Source: an uncultured Gemmatimonadales bacterium (lineage in GTDB: Bacteria > Gemmatimonadota > Gemmatimonadetes > Longimicrobiales > RSA9). From it: a stretch of 64,000 nt of DNA. Positions within the stretch are counted from its first letter, which is position 1. Each line of letters begins with the position of its first letter. The position numbers were made by a program, and so were the translations under genes. Where the stretch lies: the NCBI GenBank assembly GCA_963798085.1, contig CAWCRS010000008.1, positions 128,001-192,000 of the forward strand, given 5' to 3'. Shown here piece after piece: positions 60,247 through 64,000 of the stretch. The notes under the pieces were generated by a model, which was not told where the DNA came from, did not search any database, and saw only the letters and a list, made by a program, of their open reading frames with translations.

Positions 60247-61772
60247 CCCAATCCCAGCTTCTTCGCCAGCCCGATGCGCTGCAGCTTGCCCGTCGCGCCG
60301 ACCGGGATCTCCTTCAGGATCAGGATGCGACGGGGCACCTTGAAGTCGGCGAGGCGCGTGGCGGCGAACTGGCGCAGCTCGCGGTCATCGCAGCTGGCGC
60401 CCTCACGCAGCACCACCGCCGCGGCGACATCTTCGCCCAGCATGTCGTGCGGCATGCCGAAGGTCACGCACTGGTGTACGGCCGGGTGCTCCATGATGAT
60501 CTCATCGACCTCGCGTGGGGAGATCTTCTCGCCGCCCCGGTTGATGATCTCCTTCAGCCGCCCTGTGATGCTGAGATAGCCGTCGTCATCCATGACACCC
60601 TGGTCGCCCGTGCGGAACCAGCCGTCGATGAACGCATCCGCATTGGCGCCGGGATTGTTCTCGTAGGCGAGCATCACGTTCTCGCCGCGGATGACGATCT
60701 CGCCCGTGCCACCGGCAGGCGACGTCTGGCCGTGCTCGTCGACGACGCGCACCTCGGGACCCGCAGCCGGACCGACCGTGCCCGGCTTGCGCTCGTGCGG
60801 CGGCAGCGGGTTGCTCGCCATCTGGTGCGCCGCCTCGGTCATGCCGTAGGCCTCGATGACGGGTGCGCGGAACACGCTCTCCAGCTCGCTGATCACGCGC
60901 ATGGGCATGGCCGACGATGAGGAGCGCACAAAGCGCAGCCTGCTGGCCGCTACGATGTCCGCGTTCTTCGATGCGCGCGACAGAATCGCCTGGTGCATGG
61001 TGGGCACGGCCGTGTACCACGTGGGCTGCACTTCCGCGACCCAGGAGAAGAAGCGCAGCGCATTGAAGCCCGGCGAGCAGCAGACGGCGCCGCCCGCGGA
61101 GAGCGGCGCGAGCAGTGCTGCCATGAGACCGTGGATGTGGAAGAGCGGCATGATGGAGAGACCGCGATCCTCGGGCGTGAGCGCAAGCGTGCCCACGATG
61201 TTGCGCGCCGATGCGCAGACGTTGCGCTGTGCCAGCGGCACGATCTTGGGCCGCGACGTGGTGCCCGACGTGTGCAGCACGAGCGCGATGTCGGCCGGGC
61301 CCGCCAAGCGCGCGTCACTGACACGCTGTCTGGGGGCTCGGCACGGGAACGCCAGCGCGAAGCTGCCCGCGCCCCGCTCCGGATGCGGTACCAGGCGGGC
61401 GATCGGCACACCCAGCCGCGTCGCCACCTCGACCGCCGGCGAATCCCGCCCCTCGCCCACGACCAGCAGCTTCGCGCGCAGGTCGGTCAGGTAGAACTCG
61501 TATTCCTCCGCCCGATACGACGGATTCAGCGGAGCCGCCGTCGCTGCTGCCGCGATGGCGAGGAACGCCGTCGCCATTTCCGGCCCGTTGTCGAGCACGA
61601 TCGCGACCCGGTCATTCAGGCCAACGCCCTGCGCATTGAGCGCCTGCACCGTCTCCGCGACCAGCTCGCGCAATGCCGCATACGTGAGCGGCACCCCACC
61701 CGGCGAGGTCAGTGCCGTGGCAGAAGCGTCACCGTTCTCGAGCAACTCCGCGATTGTGCCTGCAGTCGCCAT
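60243..61772 (-). CDS. Acyl-CoA synthetase, oxalate-CoA ligase (AAE3/Pcs60-like)
   Basis: LHTSGTTSRPK, MPLFHIHGL, WYTAVPTMHQ, RFVRSSSS, EAYGMTEAAHQM, INRGGEKISP, TGKLQR; adjacent to OxlT. Confidence 0.85.
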   Translation of the reverse strand: MATAGTIAELLENGDASATALTSPGGVPLTYAALRELVAETVQALNAQGVGLNDRVAIVLDNGPEMATAFLAIAAAATAAPLNPSYRAEEYEFYLTDLRAKLLVVGEGRDSPAVEVATRLGVPIARLVPHPERGAGSFALAFPCRAPRQRVSDARLAGPADIALVLHTSGTTSRPKIVPLAQRNVCASARNIVGTLALTPEDRGLSIMPLFHIHGLMAALLAPLSAGGAVCCSPGFNALRFFSWVAEVQPTWYTAVPTMHQAILSRASKNADIVAASRLRFVRSSSSAMPMRVISELESVFRAPVIEAYGMTEAAHQMASNPLPPHERKPGTVGPAAGPEVRVVDEHGQTSPAGGTGEIVIRGENVMLAYENNPGANADAFIDGWFRTGDQGVMDDDGYLSITGRLKEIINRGGEKISPREVDEIIMEHPAVHQCVTFGMPHDMLGEDVAAAVVLREGASCDDRELRQFAATRLADFKVPRRILILKEIPVGATGKLQRIGLAKKLGLG

Positions 61773-61803
61773 TTGGTCATCCCCTGTAGTACTACGGAAA
61801 GGC

Positions 61804-61986
61804 GGGCTGGGGCTCGGGCTCGGGCTGGGAAACACCGTGAGAGCGTCACGCCGCCGCGCACGACAATTCACAGCAATCAGCGCGACATCGTTGGCAAGCG
61901 ACTCCGTTCCCCAGCAACCAGCCCCAGCAACGTCGTCGATCCGTTGACGCAGTTGATCCGTCAACCCCAGCCCCAGCCCCAGCCCC
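61804..61986. repeat. Inverted hexamer tandem repeats (GGGCT(G/C))n ... (CCCCAG)n flanking ~135 bp
   Basis: GGGCTGGGGCTCGGGCTCGGGCTGGG (61804-61829) and CCCCAGCCCCAGCCCCAGCCCC (61965-61986). Confidence 0.75.
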
Positions 61987-61991
61987 GCTGT

Positions 61992-62996
61992 TCAAGACCG
62001 TATTTCCAGCCGCCCATGCTGTGCGGCCAGAGTACCGGCCAGCAAACTCGCCACCGCATAGATGGCGTCAATGTGCGGCGTGGCAGTGCCCGTGAGGCGC
62101 CCAAGCTCGACGACTGCGCCGACGAGGGCTTCCAGCTCGATGGGCTTGCCCTGCTCGATGTCCTGCAGCATGGACGTCTTGTGTGAGCCCACCTTCTCGG
62201 CACCCGCAATGCGCCGCTCGATGCTGACACGGAATGTAATACCGAGTTTGTAGGCAATGGTCTCGGCCTCGCGCATCATTTCCGCGCTCAGCTCGCGGGT
62301 GAGCGGATACCGGCACAGCTCTGCGAGCGTGGCGTGCGTCAGCGCACTGATCGGGTTGAAGCTGAGGCTGCCCCAGAGCTTGAGCCAGATCTCGCTGCGG
62401 ATGTCGGCAGTGATGGGCGCCTTGAAGCCGGCGCGCGTCAGGCTGGCCGCAATGGCCTCGAGGCGCGGCGTCGTGGCGCCATCCAGCTCGCCCAGCGTGA
62501 AACGCCGGCCTTCGACCACGACCACCTCTCCCGGCGCCACCAGGTTGGCCGCGGGATAAACGACACTGCCGATGATGCGCGCGGGATCGATGTGCTGCGC
62601 GATGCAGCCATCGGGATCGGCCGCGCGCACCGGCGTGCCCTCGTACTCGCCGCCATGACGCTGGAAATACCACCACGGGATCCCGTTCTGCATGGTGACA
62701 ATGGCCGTGTCCGCGTGGCAGAGGTGGTGCAGCGCGGGCGCGACGGCCGCCACCTGGTGCGCCTTCACCGTCAGCAGCACGACATCGTGTGCGCCCGCCT
62801 CGGCCATGTCGGCGAAGGCGCGCGCATTGCCGGCAATGACTTCGCGGCCATCCTCGAGCGTCACCTTCATGCCGCGGCTGCGGATGGCAGCGAGATTCGC
62901 ACCGCGCGCAATGAAGGTCACGTCGTCGCCAGCAGCAGACAGCAGGGCGCCCAGGTACCCGCCAATCGAGCCGGCGCCGACGATCGCGATCTTCAC
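61992..62996 (-). CDS. PanE/ApbA family reductase, probable oxalyl-CoA reductase (PanE2-like)
   Basis: IVGAGSIGG, LTVKAHQ, MQNGIPWWYF, IWLKLWG, HKTSMLQD; lies between OxlT and oxalate-CoA ligase. Confidence 0.8.
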   Translation of the reverse strand: MKIAIVGAGSIGGYLGALLSAAGDDVTFIARGANLAAIRSRGMKVTLEDGREVIAGNARAFADMAEAGAHDVVLLTVKAHQVAAVAPALHHLCHADTAIVTMQNGIPWWYFQRHGGEYEGTPVRAADPDGCIAQHIDPARIIGSVVYPAANLVAPGEVVVVEGRRFTLGELDGATTPRLEAIAASLTRAGFKAPITADIRSEIWLKLWGSLSFNPISALTHATLAELCRYPLTRELSAEMMREAETIAYKLGITFRVSIERRIAGAEKVGSHKTSMLQDIEQGKPIELEALVGAVVELGRLTGTATPHIDAIYAVASLLAGTLAAQHGRLEIRS

Positions 62997-63063
62997 GGCG
63001 ACACCAGGCGTGCAACGGCCGTGTCTGCCTGCATTCGCGAGATACGGCCCTTGGGCGCGCGCG

Positions 63064-64000
63064 TCATGGCAGCGACGTGCTGGGCACAGGGACCGCCACG
63101 GGCGAGGGTGCGCGGCGCATGCGATTGCGCAGTGGCTTGAGCACGAGCAGCGCGCACGAGGCGGCCGCGAAGTTGAGCACGCTGGCCATGACGAAGACGG
63201 TGTGCCAGCCGCTGCTCGACCCCGCGATGACGCTGGTGAGGGGCACCATCAGCGAGGCGGTGCCCTTGGCCGTGTAGAGCAGGCCGGCATTGGCGGCGGC
63301 GAACTTCACGCCGTACGTGTCGGCGACGGTGGCGGGGAAGAGGCTGTAGATCTCGCCCCATGCGAAGAAGACCAGGCCGGTGAGCAGCACGAACGCGGTG
63401 GGGTCGCGGCCCAGGCGGCTGAGCAGCAGAATGCCGAACCCCTCCAGCGCGAACGCACCAAACATGGTGTTTTCCCTGCCAATATGGTCGCTGATCCAGC
63501 CGAAGAAGGGGCGGGTCAGGCCGTTCAGCACGCGGTCGAAGGAGAGCGCGAAGGTGAGCGCGGGCAGGGTCAGGCCGATCAGCGTCACCGGGATCTTCTC
63601 GACACCGTAGTCGCGCGCAATGGGTCCGACCTGCGCCGTCGCCATCAGTCCGCCCACCGCCATGAGCACGAACATCGCATACATCACCCAGAACACGGGT
63701 GTTCGCACGATCTGGGTGGGCGTCTTGTCCGGTGCGGGCGCGGTGTTCACCATCCAGCGCGCGCCCATCGCGGGGAATCCGGTGGGCGCCTTCTTCAGGA
63801 GCCACCCGAGCACGAAGACAGTGGCGCCCTGGAGCAGGCCGAAATGGAGAAACGTCGCCTGATATCCGCTGTCCCGGATCGAGTTGGCGATGGGGATGAT
63901 GGTGAGCGCGGAGCCGGCGCCGAAACCCATCGCGGTGAGACCGGCCGCAAGGCCGCGCCGGTCGGGGAACCACTTGAGCGCGTTGCCCACACAGGTGCCG
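63064..64000 (-). CDS. oxlT: Oxalate/formate antiporter family MFS transporter (5' end outside window)
   Basis: GNALKWFPDRRGLAAG, NGLTRPFFGWISDHIGRENTM, WGEIYSLFPA and GLLYTAKG motifs. Confidence 0.9.
   Translation of the reverse strand, partial: GTCVGNALKWFPDRRGLAAGLTAMGFGAGSALTIIPIANSIRDSGYQATFLHFGLLQGATVFVLGWLLKKAPTGFPAMGARWMVNTAPAPDKTPTQIVRTPVFWVMYAMFVLMAVGGLMATAQVGPIARDYGVEKIPVTLIGLTLPALTFALSFDRVLNGLTRPFFGWISDHIGRENTMFGAFALEGFGILLLSRLGRDPTAFVLLTGLVFFAWGEIYSLFPATVADTYGVKFAAANAGLLYTAKGTASLMVPLTSVIAGSSSGWHTVFVMASVLNFAAASCALLVLKPLRNRMRRAPSPVAVPVPSTSLP

Noticed and set aside
58398..60920. 840-aa ORF as a single full-length protein
   Set aside because: After ~59810 it runs out of frame and antisense into the ligase gene. 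The real C-terminus is in ORF 59821-60246.
61830..61964. LTDQLRQ peptide between the inverted repeats as a four-helix-bundle gene relic or ligase extension
   Set aside because: The resemblance is only a few residues, too short to support a call.

Overview
Gene-dense, very GC-rich bacterial chromosome segment with about 40 CDS. No rRNA, tRNA, CRISPR array, transposase or integrase is recognisable. The gene repertoire suggests Gemmatimonadota or Acidobacteriota (inference): three duplicated MacB/FtsX 'ADOP' permeases with a PadR regulator, a DUF4384 protein, 6-bladed propeller lipoproteins and GGRGG-rich secreted enzymes. From left to right: HtrA; trxC-DinB-acyl-CoA synthetase; ADOP; lutA-lutB(C); SPFH plus a small RHH gene missed by the ORF track, with a clear promoter/operator; an orphan secreted protein; ADOP; a TPR protein; short asparaginase-PanE; DUF4384; an RND efflux trio; PadR-ADOP; a hybrid kinase; propeller and beta-barrel proteins; MATE; Kelch-serine hydrolase-LytS-LytTR; secreted proteins including a zincin; a VPS10-S9 peptidase-VPS10 cluster; two lipoproteins; and an oxalate-utilisation cluster (oxalate-CoA ligase, PanE-like reductase, OxlT) running off the right edge. 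I count 15 frameshifts. Eight are repaired by removing one base from the same GAATG/CATTC context (restoring GATG/CATC) and a ninth lies next to a GATG. This points to motif-specific base-calling error, possibly the footprint of a DNA modification, rather than pseudogenisation. All functional calls come from motif recognition by eye; no searches were run.
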